64,000 bases of DNA from Saccharofermentanales bacterium (lineage in GTDB: Bacteria > Bacillota > Clostridia > Saccharofermentanales > DTU023), in the NCBI GenBank assembly GCA_050945515.1, contig JBMNTB010000006.1:13548-77547 (forward strand). Direction: 5' to 3'. Of this stretch, positions 56,198 to 64,000 are shown in pieces. The notes under the pieces are model-generated. The model ran no database searches and was not told the origin of the DNA. It saw only the letters and a list, made by a program, of their open reading frames with translations. The number at the start of each line of letters is the position of its first letter. Position 1 is the first letter of the stretch. Made by a program: the position numbers and the translations under genes.

Positions 56198-56659
56198 TCA
56201 TTGTCTCCTCTTGATTTCATCAACAGCCATTTTATCACAGCGGATATTATCCTCATCATCGGCATGACCCCTGACCTTTATCCACTCAATCTCATGTCTG
56301 TCATTCTCCTGCAGCAGAGCCCGCCACAAGTCGGGATTGATAACAGGGTTTCCGGCTGCATTTTTCCAGTTGTTCTTGATCCATTTGTCCAGCCATTTAT
56401 GCTCAAAGGCATTAATCAGATATGAGCTGTCACTGTGAAGTTTGACGCGACACGGCTGATTCAATTCCTGCAAGGCCTTTAGTGCTGCCGTCAGCTCCAT
56501 ACGGTTATTAGTTGTACTGGGATCAAAACCACTGATTGTTTTCTCATACTCGCCGAACCGCAGAATAGCAGCCCAGCCGCCTGGTCCCGGGTTGCCTGAA
56601 CAGGCACCGTCAGTATATATTTCCACCAATGGTTTAGTTTTAGCTTTCGTGCGCACCAT
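56198..56659 (-). CDS. rnhA: Ribonuclease HI
   Basis: IYTDGACSGNPGPGGWAAIL, TTNNRMELTAALKAL, SDSSYLIN, WIKVRGHADDEDNIRCD (DEDD catalytic pattern). Confidence 0.9.
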   Translation of the reverse strand: MVRTKAKTKPLVEIYTDGACSGNPGPGGWAAILRFGEYEKTISGFDPSTTNNRMELTAALKALQELNQPCRVKLHSDSSYLINAFEHKWLDKWIKNNWKNAAGNPVINPDLWRALLQENDRHEIEWIKVRGHADDEDNIRCDKMAVDEIKRRQ

Positions 56660-56864
56660 GTAATTTATTACCTCAAAAATACTAATTGTATTCTAACAAA
56701 ACTAATCTCTTTACGATACTTAGAGAACAGTCATCAAATATTTAGAAACTATCTTATGATTCCTGCACTGGGGGAGACTAACAATAGGAAGTGAAAATAT
56801 TATCTGTTGTTGCAGGTTAACCGTGATACATCACGTAAGAATGCCCGCGAAACAAGTCTAAAAC

Positions 56865-56893
56865 TTGACACTTTCTGCCTTTAACAGTAGAAT
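56865..56893 (+). promoter_or_regulatory. Candidate promoter for tRNA-Pro (TTGACA-N17-TAGAAT)
   Basis: -35 at 56865-56870 and -10 at 56888-56893. The tRNA 5' end is 12 nt downstream of the -10. Confidence 0.55.
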
Positions 56894-56904
56894 CGTCAAT
56901 GCTT

Positions 56905-56981
56905 CGGGGTGTAGCTCAGGTGGCTAGAGTGCGTGCTTGGGGTGCACGAGGTCGCAAGTTCAAGTCTTGTCACTCCGACCA
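56905..56981 (+). tRNA. tRNA-Pro (anticodon GGG), CCA encoded
   Basis: Hand-folded cloverleaf: acceptor CGGGGTG/CACTCCG, anticodon stem CGTGC/GCACG with loop TTGGGGT, T-arm GCAAG-TTCAAGT-CTTGT, and discriminator A followed by CCA. Confidence 0.9.
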
Positions 56982-57009
56982 GCTGAAGCCGATTAAATGG
57001 CTTTATATT

Positions 57010-57040
57010 AAAAGGTTATCTCCTTATGGGATAACCTTTT
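57010..57040. terminator. Bidirectional hairpin between tRNA-Pro (+) and the Fe-ADH gene (-)
   Basis: AAAAGGTTATC-(9-nt loop)-GATAACCTTTT, with A and T runs forming the outer stem. Confidence 0.5.
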
Positions 57041-57088
57041 AATATATTCTCACTCTGTCAGCCGGATCCGTATATGCTAAAGAAATAT

Positions 57089-58204
57089 CTATAAAAGCGA
57101 GCGATAAATGCTAATTATCGTTTCACGACTTAATCTAATATAACTCTGACTTAATAAGCGTTCCTGTAAGGCCAAAACATTATCGGCAAAAGATTCAATA
57201 TCATCTTCATCCATACCATAACAATGTAACGGTTGTCTCGGTATCACTCGATCAAGCAAGGACTCGAGAGTAATAAACACATCCCCTATACTGCAGTGCA
57301 AAATAGCAGACAGTATTTCTTTGAGACGCATAATCTTGCCTTGCGGATTTTGCTGGTGGTATTCTAGGAGCACCGTAGTAAAAAACTGATAGCATGCTTC
57401 ACCGTGCGTTACATGATATTGCGTGCTAAGAGGATAACTCAGAGCGTGAACTGCACCGGTACCGGCATTAGCGAAAGCTATGCCGGCCATATTGCTGGCA
57501 ATGAGGAAATCCTTTAACAAATAATTTTTTTCGTCTTCTCCGTTCCGGCTCAAAGCACAAAAGCCGGTCACAATTGTCTTGATTGCCTGCTCACTGAATA
57601 AGTCGGTATAAGTATTTGCCTTTGGACATAAAAAAGACTCAACAGCATGTATTAAGGCATCAATAGCGCTAGTGGCAAAAACCTTATAGGGTATATCCTC
57701 CAGTAATTGCGGAATCAAAGCAGCATGATCGGGAATAATCTCTTCTGCAGACAAACCAACTTTCGTTCTCTTTTGCGTCAATGATACTATAGACACAGGC
57801 GAAACTTCACTGCCTGCGCCACAAGTCGTAGGTACCGCTATCAGCTTATGCCCCTTAATAATGGGAACTTCTCGCAGAAATATGCTTTCCGTCTTTCGTG
57901 CATCTTTTATCATCAGCACTTTGGCCATATCAATTACCGAACCACCGCCTATTGCTACAATACGGTCGCAACCGCTCTGATTGAAATCTGCAATCAGAGC
58001 ATCAGTCATCAGGTCAGTAGGCTCGGTTTTACCATAATTTGACCTAAAAACAACCTGTGCAGGCAGATGTAAAGGTGCAAAATATTTTTCGAAGACGGCA
58101 CGGGCAGCCAGGATGAAATCGTGCTCATTAATTTGCATTTCCTCTACAAAGGAAGCAACATTTTCAAATAAACTAATGCGTGTCAGTTGTTTGAATAAAT
58201 GCAT
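57089..58204 (-). CDS. Iron-containing alcohol dehydrogenase family protein (4-hydroxybutyrate dehydrogenase-like)
   Basis: 371 aa. GGGSVIDMAK, VPTTCGAGSEV, and metal-ligand region GAVHALSYPLSTQYHVTHGEA. Its colinearity and length recall clostridial 4-hydroxybutyrate dehydrogenase; this is from memory and was not searched. An AGGTGA SD lies 6 nt before the ATG. Confidence 0.8.
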   Translation of the reverse strand: MHLFKQLTRISLFENVASFVEEMQINEHDFILAARAVFEKYFAPLHLPAQVVFRSNYGKTEPTDLMTDALIADFNQSGCDRIVAIGGGSVIDMAKVLMIKDARKTESIFLREVPIIKGHKLIAVPTTCGAGSEVSPVSIVSLTQKRTKVGLSAEEIIPDHAALIPQLLEDIPYKVFATSAIDALIHAVESFLCPKANTYTDLFSEQAIKTIVTGFCALSRNGEDEKNYLLKDFLIASNMAGIAFANAGTGAVHALSYPLSTQYHVTHGEACYQFFTTVLLEYHQQNPQGKIMRLKEILSAILHCSIGDVFITLESLLDRVIPRQPLHCYGMDEDDIESFADNVLALQERLLSQSYIRLSRETIISIYRSLL

Positions 58205-58225
58205 AATAGATCACCTGTAAGAATG

Positions 58226-58252
58226 TCAACAAAGGGGCGTTTCTACGCCCCC
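58226..58252 (-). terminator. Rho-independent terminator after the tRNA His-Gln-Lys operon
   Basis: The minus strand reads GGGGCG-tagaaa-CGCCCC followed by TTTGTT, 7 nt after the tRNA-Lys CCA end. Confidence 0.55.
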
Positions 58253-58258
58253 TTGCTT

Positions 58259-58334
58259 TGGTGACCCACTGGAGATTCGAACTCCAGACCCCCTGATTAA
58301 AAGTCAGATGCTCTACCGGCTGAGCTAGTGGGTC
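58259..58334 (-). tRNA. tRNA-Lys (anticodon UUU), CCA encoded
   Basis: The reverse complement folds as acceptor GACCCAC/GTGGGTC, D-arm GCTC-AGCCGGTA-GAGC, anticodon loop CTTTTAA, and T-arm CTGGAGTTCGAATCTCCAG. Confidence 0.9.
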
Positions 58335-58338
58335 ACAA

Positions 58339-58413
58339 TGGCTGGGATGGAAGGATTTGAACCTTCGCATGCGGGAGTCAAAGTCCCGTGCCTTACCGCT
58401 TGGCTACATCCCA
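58339..58413 (-). tRNA. tRNA-Gln (anticodon UUG), CCA encoded
   Basis: The reverse complement folds as acceptor TGGGATG/CATCCCA, D-loop AAGCGGTAA, anticodon stem CGGGA/TCCCG with loop CTTTGAC, and T-arm GAAGGTTCAAATCCTTC. Confidence 0.9.
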
Positions 58414-58423
58414 ATATTAATAA

Positions 58424-58501
58424 TGGGGTGGAATATGGGATTTGAACCCACGACCTCCAGGGCCACAACCTGGCACTCTAACCAGCTGAGCTAATTCCAC
58501 C
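58424..58501 (-). tRNA. tRNA-His (anticodon GUG) with encoded G-1, CCA encoded
   Basis: The reverse complement starts G-GTGGAAT, where the extra 5' G pairs with discriminator C. Anticodon stem CCAGG/CCTGG with loop TTGTGGC, and T-arm GTGGGTTCAAATCCCAT. Confidence 0.9.
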
Positions 58502-58523
58502 GTATCTGGCCACATGCCAGAAT

Positions 58524-58552
58524 ATTCTAGCTGTCGTACTTAAATCTGTCAA
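58524..58552 (-). promoter_or_regulatory. Candidate promoter for the tRNA His-Gln-Lys operon (TTGACA-N17-TAGAAT)
   Basis: The minus strand reads TTGACA (58552-58547), a 17-nt spacer, and TAGAAT (58529-58524). The tRNA-His 5' end is 23 nt downstream of the -10. Confidence 0.55.
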
Positions 58553-58608
58553 CATAAGTTGGATAGCATAAGTTGGATAGCATTCACGGGTAGTGTTCAC
58601 AGGTAGTA
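58553..58608. repeat. Two adjacent tandem direct repeats: 2 x CATAAGTTGGATAG (perfect) and 2 x TTCACRGGTAGTR (11/13)
   Basis: Units at 58553-58566/58567-58580 and 58583-58595/58596-58608, abutting the -35 of the tRNA operon promoter. Confidence 0.85.
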
Positions 58609-58713
58609 CAATAGTCTCAAAAACGTCCGTTAGCAATAGATATAATATGGAATTCCAAAAACTGTAACTTGCTTGTAACTAAAACAATCAAAGTGCTAAT
58701 TTTATGCGAGACT

Positions 58714-59382
58714 TCAGTTTACTGTAATCAAGTCTTCCAAACTGCGGAACCTGGCCTCCTTGATTCCCGGAATCAACATAATATCCTCGATGATCTCGAA
58801 TGGCCCATGCTGTTCACGATATTTTATAATGGCCAGTGCAGTCACAGGTCCAACTCCCGGCAATGTTTCCAGCTCTGACTGATCAGCTGAATTGATATCT
58901 ACCTTTTGCTCCTTGAACTGCTCTGCCGTGGCAGAACCTTCAAAGTATAGATCAGGATTCTCAGCTAGCTCGGTTAGTGATGGTATCCGATATAATTGAT
59001 TGGATTTTAACTCACAAGCCAGATTTACCGCATCCGGTGCAGCATCGGCTGTAAAACCACCGGCCATAGCAACCAAATCATTTAAAATTTGTCCGGCCGA
59101 AACCCGGTAGACACCCGGAATCTTAACTTCACCTGTGATATAGACCGGCAAGAGTTCGGAGCTGACAAACTCATCCTGATCATAATAGATGCCGGTCTGA
59201 TCTGTTATGACGACGTCCTTCCTTGTACCGGAAGCAATAGTAAGCACAGTTGTTTCATCAGTCTTCGCTGCCTTTACAAGATTATGTATAAGTGGGGAGA
59301 TTAGAGAAGCAAACGAAAATATAAGAACTGCCAGTATCAGAATAATCAACCAGCGTTTGGGCTGCTTTTGTTCTCTCCTCAT
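58714..59382 (-). CDS. comEA: Competence protein ComEA (SLBB + helix-hairpin-helix DNA-binding)
   Basis: N-terminal membrane anchor, SLBB-like segment (VYITGEVKIPGVYRV), and C-terminal HhH (INSADQSELETLPGVGPVTALAIIKYREQHGPF). The ATG at 59382 is preferred over the TTG at 59451, which has no SD. Confidence 0.8.
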   Translation of the reverse strand: MRREQKQPKRWLIILILAVLIFSFASLISPLIHNLVKAAKTDETTVLTIASGTRKDVVITDQTGIYYDQDEFVSSELLPVYITGEVKIPGVYRVSAGQILNDLVAMAGGFTADAAPDAVNLACELKSNQLYRIPSLTELAENPDLYFEGSATAEQFKEQKVDINSADQSELETLPGVGPVTALAIIKYREQHGPFEIIEDIMLIPGIKEARFRSLEDLITVN

Positions 59383-59523
59383 GTCCTTATATCCCCTTTT
59401 TGTAATATATTTACACGCTGGGATTGCGAACAGAGAGTTTTGAGTACTCAATTGTCGTCATTAACAGCTAATAAGCATCCAAGCTTATAGCAATTGGAGA
59501 TTTATCGAAGGCGGTTTATCCGG

Positions 59524-59916
59524 TTATTTCTGTTTGTCCGAATTCTGATTACGATAATTACCGGTCTTAGCCCAGAGTCGCTCGAGACTATAATAGTCTC
59601 TTTCTTCCGGATGAAAAATATGCACCACAATATCACCGTAATCCAACAATATCCAGCGTCTGCCATCGGCCCCCTCTACATGATGGGGCGAAAGTTCAAG
59701 ACGTTCTCTCAGTTGAAAAATAACTTCATCTGCCAAGGTCTTAATATGAGTTGTTGAGGTGCCAGTGACTAGAATGAAATAGTCGGCTAAAGTAGTTTTA
59801 TCGTCGACAGTTAAAAGCTCAAGATCCTGGCCGTTTTTGCTCTCTAGAATAGCCTTGATTTCTTCAGCTATTCCACGCGACTTAGCTGTCATCTCCAGAT
59901 TGTTTTCCAGATACAA
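59524..59916 (-). CDS. rsfS: Ribosomal silencing factor RsfS
   Basis: ADYFILVTGTSTTHIKTLADEV, WILLDYGDIVVHIFHPEERDYYSLERLW. The start is uncertain: the in-frame TTG at 59916 has an AAGGAGG SD 9 nt upstream, and alternatives are ATG at 59892 or TTG at 59937. Confidence 0.85.
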   Translation of the reverse strand: MYLENNLEMTAKSRGIAEEIKAILESKNGQDLELLTVDDKTTLADYFILVTGTSTTHIKTLADEVIFQLRERLELSPHHVEGADGRRWILLDYGDIVVHIFHPEERDYYSLERLWAKTGNYRNQNSDKQK

Positions 59917-59944
59917 TTCGTTTTTCCTCCTTATCAATTGCCGG

Positions 59945-61165
59945 TTAAGCCTGTTTACCGGAATTTCTTTCCATTATAGTTTCGTATGCCGCCAGTGTAT
60001 AGGGGTGAGCCGGTAGACCCTGTCGTCGCAGAGCACAAAAGACCTCGTACATACAAAGCAACATTGCGCCATCCAGATCATATTCCGCTCTCTCCCTGAT
60101 GGGAGGCAATGACTTGAACTCTCTGCCGTATTCAATCTTGTCCGCTAAATAGATGATCTTTCCCAGATCACTTAATTGCGGATGAGCAGTTGTATGCCAG
60201 CGGATGGCAGAACAAATGTCCGGATCTGAAATACCCAGCTCAGAGCTGATATAGCTGGCACTGGCAGGGGCATGCACAATCTTATCATGCAGTTCCTCAA
60301 AGCCGTCCCGGCTCAAATCATATTGTTCAGACAGTGGCAGATTCTTTGCTATATCGTGGAGCAAGCCTGCAACCGCAGCTTGTCTGGGGTCGACATTATG
60401 CTTAAGTGCCAGATGAACTGCATATTGCATCACATTCAAAACATGAACCCGCCGTTCCTGATCTAAGAGCGGCCATTGCAGCTGTTCCAGTCTTTGCAGA
60501 TATGACCAGTCCTGTTCGTTGAATACGGACATTTCATCAGCAAAGGAAAATACTCGCTGCTCCGACAAAAAATCACTCACGGTGGCCGGCAGCAGGTGAT
60601 CCGCACTTTCCCCGGCAATTAGCCTGGCTCTGATCTCCGTACTGGAAATAGTCAATGGCTCCCACTCCAAGAAGTCAATTCGGACCTGATATTTTTGTCG
60701 CAGGCAGTCCGCTACAGCCCGGATTCTTTCGTCTTGGCCGCTTTCCCTAACTGCCACCAACAAGCCAACCTCTTTTAGCAGTTGAGTAGATTTATACCAA
60801 TGTCCAATCGCTAACAGCGAATCCGATCCAATAAGCAAATCAATCCTCGCCTCAACTCCGGATTCTTCAAAATACTTATTTTTTAAATGTTGTACAGTCC
60901 TAATCGTGTAACTGGCACCGGTTTCAGCTATTTCGGCATCAGAAACTGAGACCCTTTCTCCAGAGGAACATAAGGCTAAACTAACTGTCTCAAAGCGATA
61001 GCCCGCAAAAGAAATGCGCCGTTCCTTGTGTGGGGACGGTCCTGTCGGCATAACAATAATCTCATCATATTTACCCAGAGCCGACACTTTATTAACCAGT
61101 CTGAGATGAGCTAGATGAAAGGGATCAAAAGTACCGCCAAATAGCGCAATCCGGACCATCTTCAC
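59945..61165 (-). CDS. nadD: Fusion protein: nicotinate-nucleotide adenylyltransferase NadD (N-terminal) + YqeK HD-domain phosphohydrolase (C-terminal)
   Basis: The NadD motif FGGTFDPFHLAHL and a later ISSTEIR are followed in frame by a YqeK-like HD domain (RRVHVLNVMQYAVHLA, AGLLHDIAKN, YLADKIEYGRE). The start overlaps the purD stop by 4 nt. Confidence 0.88.
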   Translation of the reverse strand: MKMVRIALFGGTFDPFHLAHLRLVNKVSALGKYDEIIVMPTGPSPHKERRISFAGYRFETVSLALCSSGERVSVSDAEIAETGASYTIRTVQHLKNKYFEESGVEARIDLLIGSDSLLAIGHWYKSTQLLKEVGLLVAVRESGQDERIRAVADCLRQKYQVRIDFLEWEPLTISSTEIRARLIAGESADHLLPATVSDFLSEQRVFSFADEMSVFNEQDWSYLQRLEQLQWPLLDQERRVHVLNVMQYAVHLALKHNVDPRQAAVAGLLHDIAKNLPLSEQYDLSRDGFEELHDKIVHAPASASYISSELGISDPDICSAIRWHTTAHPQLSDLGKIIYLADKIEYGREFKSLPPIRERAEYDLDGAMLLCMYEVFCALRRQGLPAHPYTLAAYETIMERNSGKQA

Positions 61166-62436
61166 CTCAGACTTCCGCCAATATCATGACGATAGACATT
61201 ATTTTTAAAATTGATTTTGGCTAGTTCGGCATAGGCCTTGGCTATCGCAGAATTCAAATTACCGGCCTGGGCTGAAACTCCGAGTACTCTGCCGCCGGCG
61301 GTAGCAAACTGTCCATTAGTTTTCTCAGTTCCGGAATGATAGACAAAGGCGTCTCGCACATTATCTAACCCCGAGATAGTATAGCCTGTCTGATATTGGC
61401 CCGGATATCCCTGTGAAGCCATCATCACAACGCAACTGAAATCACCGCTGTATTCCAGCCGGTGTTTGTCAAGCTCTCCCGCCATAGTGGCTTTGAACAG
61501 CGTATAAAGATCGTTTTTAACCAGAGGCAATACGGCCTGAGCCTCAGGATCGCCAAAGCGCGCGTTAAATTCAATCACATAGGGTCCGTTATCAGTTAGC
61601 ATCAGACCACCGTAAAGTACGCCCTTGAAAGGAGTACCGAGCCGATCCATCTCAGCAATCACCGGCTGGAAGATAGTATTAAGGATTCTCTCCTGTAATT
61701 CAGCATCAACTTCAGCTATAGGAGCAATTGCACCCATGCCTCCGGTATTGGGTCCGGTATCGCCATCGCCAATCCGTTTGTGATCTCTGGAACTGGGCAA
61801 AGGCAGCAGATTCTTCCCATCACTAAAGCAGAGTATTGTCACTTCCGGACCAGTCAGAAACTCTTCAATTAAAATATTATTTCCAGCCTGACCGAAAATC
61901 CGATTTTCCATCAGATCTGTCACAGCCTGCGCAGCTTCTGTCCGATCCTTGCAGATCAGAACACCTTTCCCTTGGGCCAGTCCGTCAGCCTTAATTACAA
62001 TGGGATAAATACAATCAGCCAAAAAGGTTACGGCCTCTTGGGACGAGCTGCATATTTTTGCTGCCGCAGTAGGAATAGACAGGCGGTTCATAATTTCTTT
62101 GGCAAAGACCTTGCTGGATTCAAGCTTAGCCGCTGCCGCAGAGGGGCCGAAAGCTTTAACTCCCGCCGCTTCTAACCTGTCCACCAGCCCCAGAGCCAGT
62201 GGATCATCCGGCGTTACAACTACCAGATCACACTGCAATCTAACAGCCAAACTTACTTGTGCGTCAATATCGGTCGCCTTGACGGCAGGATGGCAGATTG
62301 CCAGCTCAGAGATACCGCCGTTGCCCGGAGCACAATGCAATTCTGCAATTTCCGGACTTCTCGACAGGGCATGAATCACAGCATGTTCACGTCCGCCGCC
62401 ACCAACCACCAAAACAATATCACCGTTTTTCGGCAT
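61162..62436 (-). CDS. purD: Phosphoribosylamine-glycine ligase
   Basis: VLVVGGGGREHA, ATP-grasp core (VIKADGLAQGKGV, EEFLTGPEVT, IEFNARFGDPE), and length of 424 aa. Confidence 0.95.
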   Translation of the reverse strand: MPKNGDIVLVVGGGGREHAVIHALSRSPEIAELHCAPGNGGISELAICHPAVKATDIDAQVSLAVRLQCDLVVVTPDDPLALGLVDRLEAAGVKAFGPSAAAAKLESSKVFAKEIMNRLSIPTAAAKICSSSQEAVTFLADCIYPIVIKADGLAQGKGVLICKDRTEAAQAVTDLMENRIFGQAGNNILIEEFLTGPEVTILCFSDGKNLLPLPSSRDHKRIGDGDTGPNTGGMGAIAPIAEVDAELQERILNTIFQPVIAEMDRLGTPFKGVLYGGLMLTDNGPYVIEFNARFGDPEAQAVLPLVKNDLYTLFKATMAGELDKHRLEYSGDFSCVVMMASQGYPGQYQTGYTISGLDNVRDAFVYHSGTEKTNGQFATAGGRVLGVSAQAGNLNSAIAKAYAELAKINFKNNVYRHDIGGSLR

Positions 62437-62448
62437 CAGACCCTCCTC

Positions 62449-63990
62449 CTAGTGACGGAAATGCCGCACTCCTGTCATAACCATGGGTAAATTATTAGCA
62501 TCACAGTATTCTATACTTTCAGTATCTCTCAGTGAGCCGCCGGGCTGGATAATTGCAGCTACACCGGCCCGATGTGCCTCTGTCACAGTATCCGCAAAAG
62601 GGAAAAAAGCATCGGAAGCCAAGATCGCTCCTTGAGCCTTAGCGCCCGCTTGCTCAATAGCAATCCGAGCAGACTGCACTCTATTCATCTGACCGGCACC
62701 AATGCCTACGGTCGCACCATCTTTGACCAGGACAATCGCATTGGACTTAACATGCTTGACGACTTTCATGCCAAAGAGCAGATCGGAAGTCTGTGTCTCC
62801 GACGGCTTGACCCTAGTCGGCACTGACCAGTTCTGATCATCAGCTTCATTATCTTCATCTTGTACGAGCAAACCGCCTAAGATATCCTTTAGCTTCTTCC
62901 GGCAAAAGCCCTCTGCAAGATCAGGCAATTTCAGTAGGCGCAGATTCGGTTTTTGCTTCAATATTTCTAAAGCCTCTGCTGTAAAATCCGGGGCGACAAC
63001 TACTTCTAAAAATATTTCGTTCATCTTGACTGCTACATCAGCTTCTACAATCCTATTGGCAGCAACAATACCACCGAAGATAGAAACCGGGTCGCATTCA
63101 TAGGCCTTGGTCCAAGCGCCAATTAAATCTTCGCAGACTCCGACTCCGCAGGGATTGGCGTGCTTGACTGCAACAATACAAGGCTGATCGAATTCACGGA
63201 CCAACGCCAGCGCGGCATCAGTATCCGCAAGATTGTTGTAGGACAACTCCTTACCGGATAACTGGTCAGCACCGGTCAGTGAGCCTGGAACCGGAAGGGC
63301 TGCCTGATAATAATCAGCTCCCTGCTGCGGATTCTCACCATAGCGAAGTTTGGCTAAATGGATATAGCTAGGAGTATATGTCGCGCCCGTCTCCAAATTG
63401 AGCCCGGCACTTTTCGCCTCAGAGCGCAACCATTCAGCAATGACAGCATCATAGGCAGCAGTTTGCTCGAAAACCTTGAGTGCTAATTCAAAGCGTAAAT
63501 CCATACCCGCCTCACCTGCACTCAAGCTTTCGATCACACGATCATAATCCAGAGGATCACAGACCACCAGCACATCCTGATAATTCTTAGCCGCAGCCCT
63601 CAGCATTGAAGGTCCGCCGATATCAATTTGTTCAACACATTCCTGTCTGGATTTGCCGGTCTGCAAAACAGTCTGCCGGAATGGATAAAGATTAACTGCA
63701 ATCAGATCAATTGGCTGCATGCCATGCAAATCCATCTGCTCACGATGAGCCGGCAGATCACGCCGGCCCAACAGCGGACCGAAAATCATCGGATGCAAAG
63801 TCTTAACTCGGCCATCCAAACATTCCGGAAAATTTGTCACCTCATCAACGTGAATAACCGGGATACCGGCTGCCTCAAGATGCGCTGCCGTCCCCCCGGT
63901 TGAGATTATCTCATAGCCCAGCCCATGTAGCCTCCGGGCAAATTCTGTAACTCCTGTCTTATCCGATACACTGATCAATGCTCTTTTCAT
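62449..63990 (-). CDS. purH: Bifunctional AICAR transformylase / IMP cyclohydrolase
   Basis: MKRALISVSDKTG, STGGTA, KTLHP, DIGGPSMLRAAAKN, VVKHVKSNAIV, and the C-terminal MVMTGVRHFRH. Confidence 0.95.
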   Translation of the reverse strand: MKRALISVSDKTGVTEFARRLHGLGYEIISTGGTAAHLEAAGIPVIHVDEVTNFPECLDGRVKTLHPMIFGPLLGRRDLPAHREQMDLHGMQPIDLIAVNLYPFRQTVLQTGKSRQECVEQIDIGGPSMLRAAAKNYQDVLVVCDPLDYDRVIESLSAGEAGMDLRFELALKVFEQTAAYDAVIAEWLRSEAKSAGLNLETGATYTPSYIHLAKLRYGENPQQGADYYQAALPVPGSLTGADQLSGKELSYNNLADTDAALALVREFDQPCIVAVKHANPCGVGVCEDLIGAWTKAYECDPVSIFGGIVAANRIVEADVAVKMNEIFLEVVVAPDFTAEALEILKQKPNLRLLKLPDLAEGFCRKKLKDILGGLLVQDEDNEADDQNWSVPTRVKPSETQTSDLLFGMKVVKHVKSNAIVLVKDGATVGIGAGQMNRVQSARIAIEQAGAKAQGAILASDAFFPFADTVTEAHRAGVAAIIQPGGSLRDTESIEYCDANNLPMVMTGVRHFRH

Positions 63991-64000
63991 ATTTACCTCT

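Noticed and set aside
58219-58230. TTGACA motif between the tRNA terminator and the Fe-ADH start, considered as an ADH promoter.
   Set aside because: Any matching -10 (TATTAT or ATTATG) would overlap the ATG itself and lie downstream of the SD AGGTGA. The geometry is inconsistent with a functional promoter for this start.
58173-58370. 65-aa ORF on the - strand.
   Set aside because: It runs straight through tRNA-Lys and tRNA-Gln, so it is an artefact of translating tRNA genes.
1-64000. Window-wide look for CRISPR arrays, IS elements or transposases, prophage genes, toxin-antitoxin pairs, restriction-modification or other defence systems, rRNA, and large structured ncRNAs.
   Set aside because: None was found by eye. 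Every ORF of 100 aa or more that is not an antisense shadow is assigned to a housekeeping or envelope family, or is one of two hypothetical membrane proteins. The intergenic gaps are short, apart from the AT-rich 3531-4148 region. A computational repeat and covariance-model scan could still reveal elements I cannot see.

Overview
This 64-kb window reads as a core chromosomal region of a low-GC Gram-positive (Firmicutes/Clostridia-like) bacterium. All gene calls come from by-eye motif recognition and synteny; no searches or computations were run.

About 56 CDS and 4 tRNAs are packed tightly. I found no rRNA, CRISPR array, IS element, prophage or recognisable defence system.

**Left part, 1-19.5 kb, mostly + strand**
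- ptb-like phosphotransacylase (5' partial), SSF transporter, LuxR-type regulator.
- rplS-rbgA-rnhB, with rnhB fused to yraN.
- GntR-nifZ-thiI, then glyA, rarA, iscS-iscU.
- A Xer-type recombinase, asd, a ThrE-family protein, a single-TM hypothetical protein and lexA.

**Right part, 19.5-64 kb, all 37 CDS on the - strand**
- hfq-like, miaA, mutL, mutS, miaB.
- A MoxR/DUF58/transglutaminase module and an MBOAT/DHHW pair.
- trmD-rimM-KH-rpsP, ffh-ylxM, ftsY, smc, rnc, acpP.
- pgsA, rimO, recX, recA, murJ, cinA, folD, ftsK.
- A Nudix hydrolase, rnhA and an Fe-ADH flanked by tRNAs (Pro on +; His-Gln-Lys on -).
- comEA, rsfS, a nadD-yqeK fusion, purD and purH.

**Observations most worth a second look**
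1. The near-universal trmD-rplS linkage is broken. A single flip of about 31.6 kb would restore it, and its two arms are nearly equal in length around the convergent lexA/hfq junction. That pattern fits a terminus-like strand switch.
2. A divergent Hfq overlaps lexA tail-to-tail by 39 nt.
3. There are two Rosetta-stone fusions: RNase HII-YraN and NadD-YqeK.
4. Promoter-to-ATG spacing suggests leaderless mRNAs for ylxM-ffh and for a hypothetical membrane-protein gene.
5. Two conserved envelope modules of unknown function sit side by side: MoxR-DUF58-TGase plus an extra 2-TM protein, and MBOAT-DHHW.
6. LexA boxes lie at lexA and recA, and an uncharacterised single-TM protein is divergent from lexA.

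None of these is proven to be a new system. Each needs the checks listed with it.
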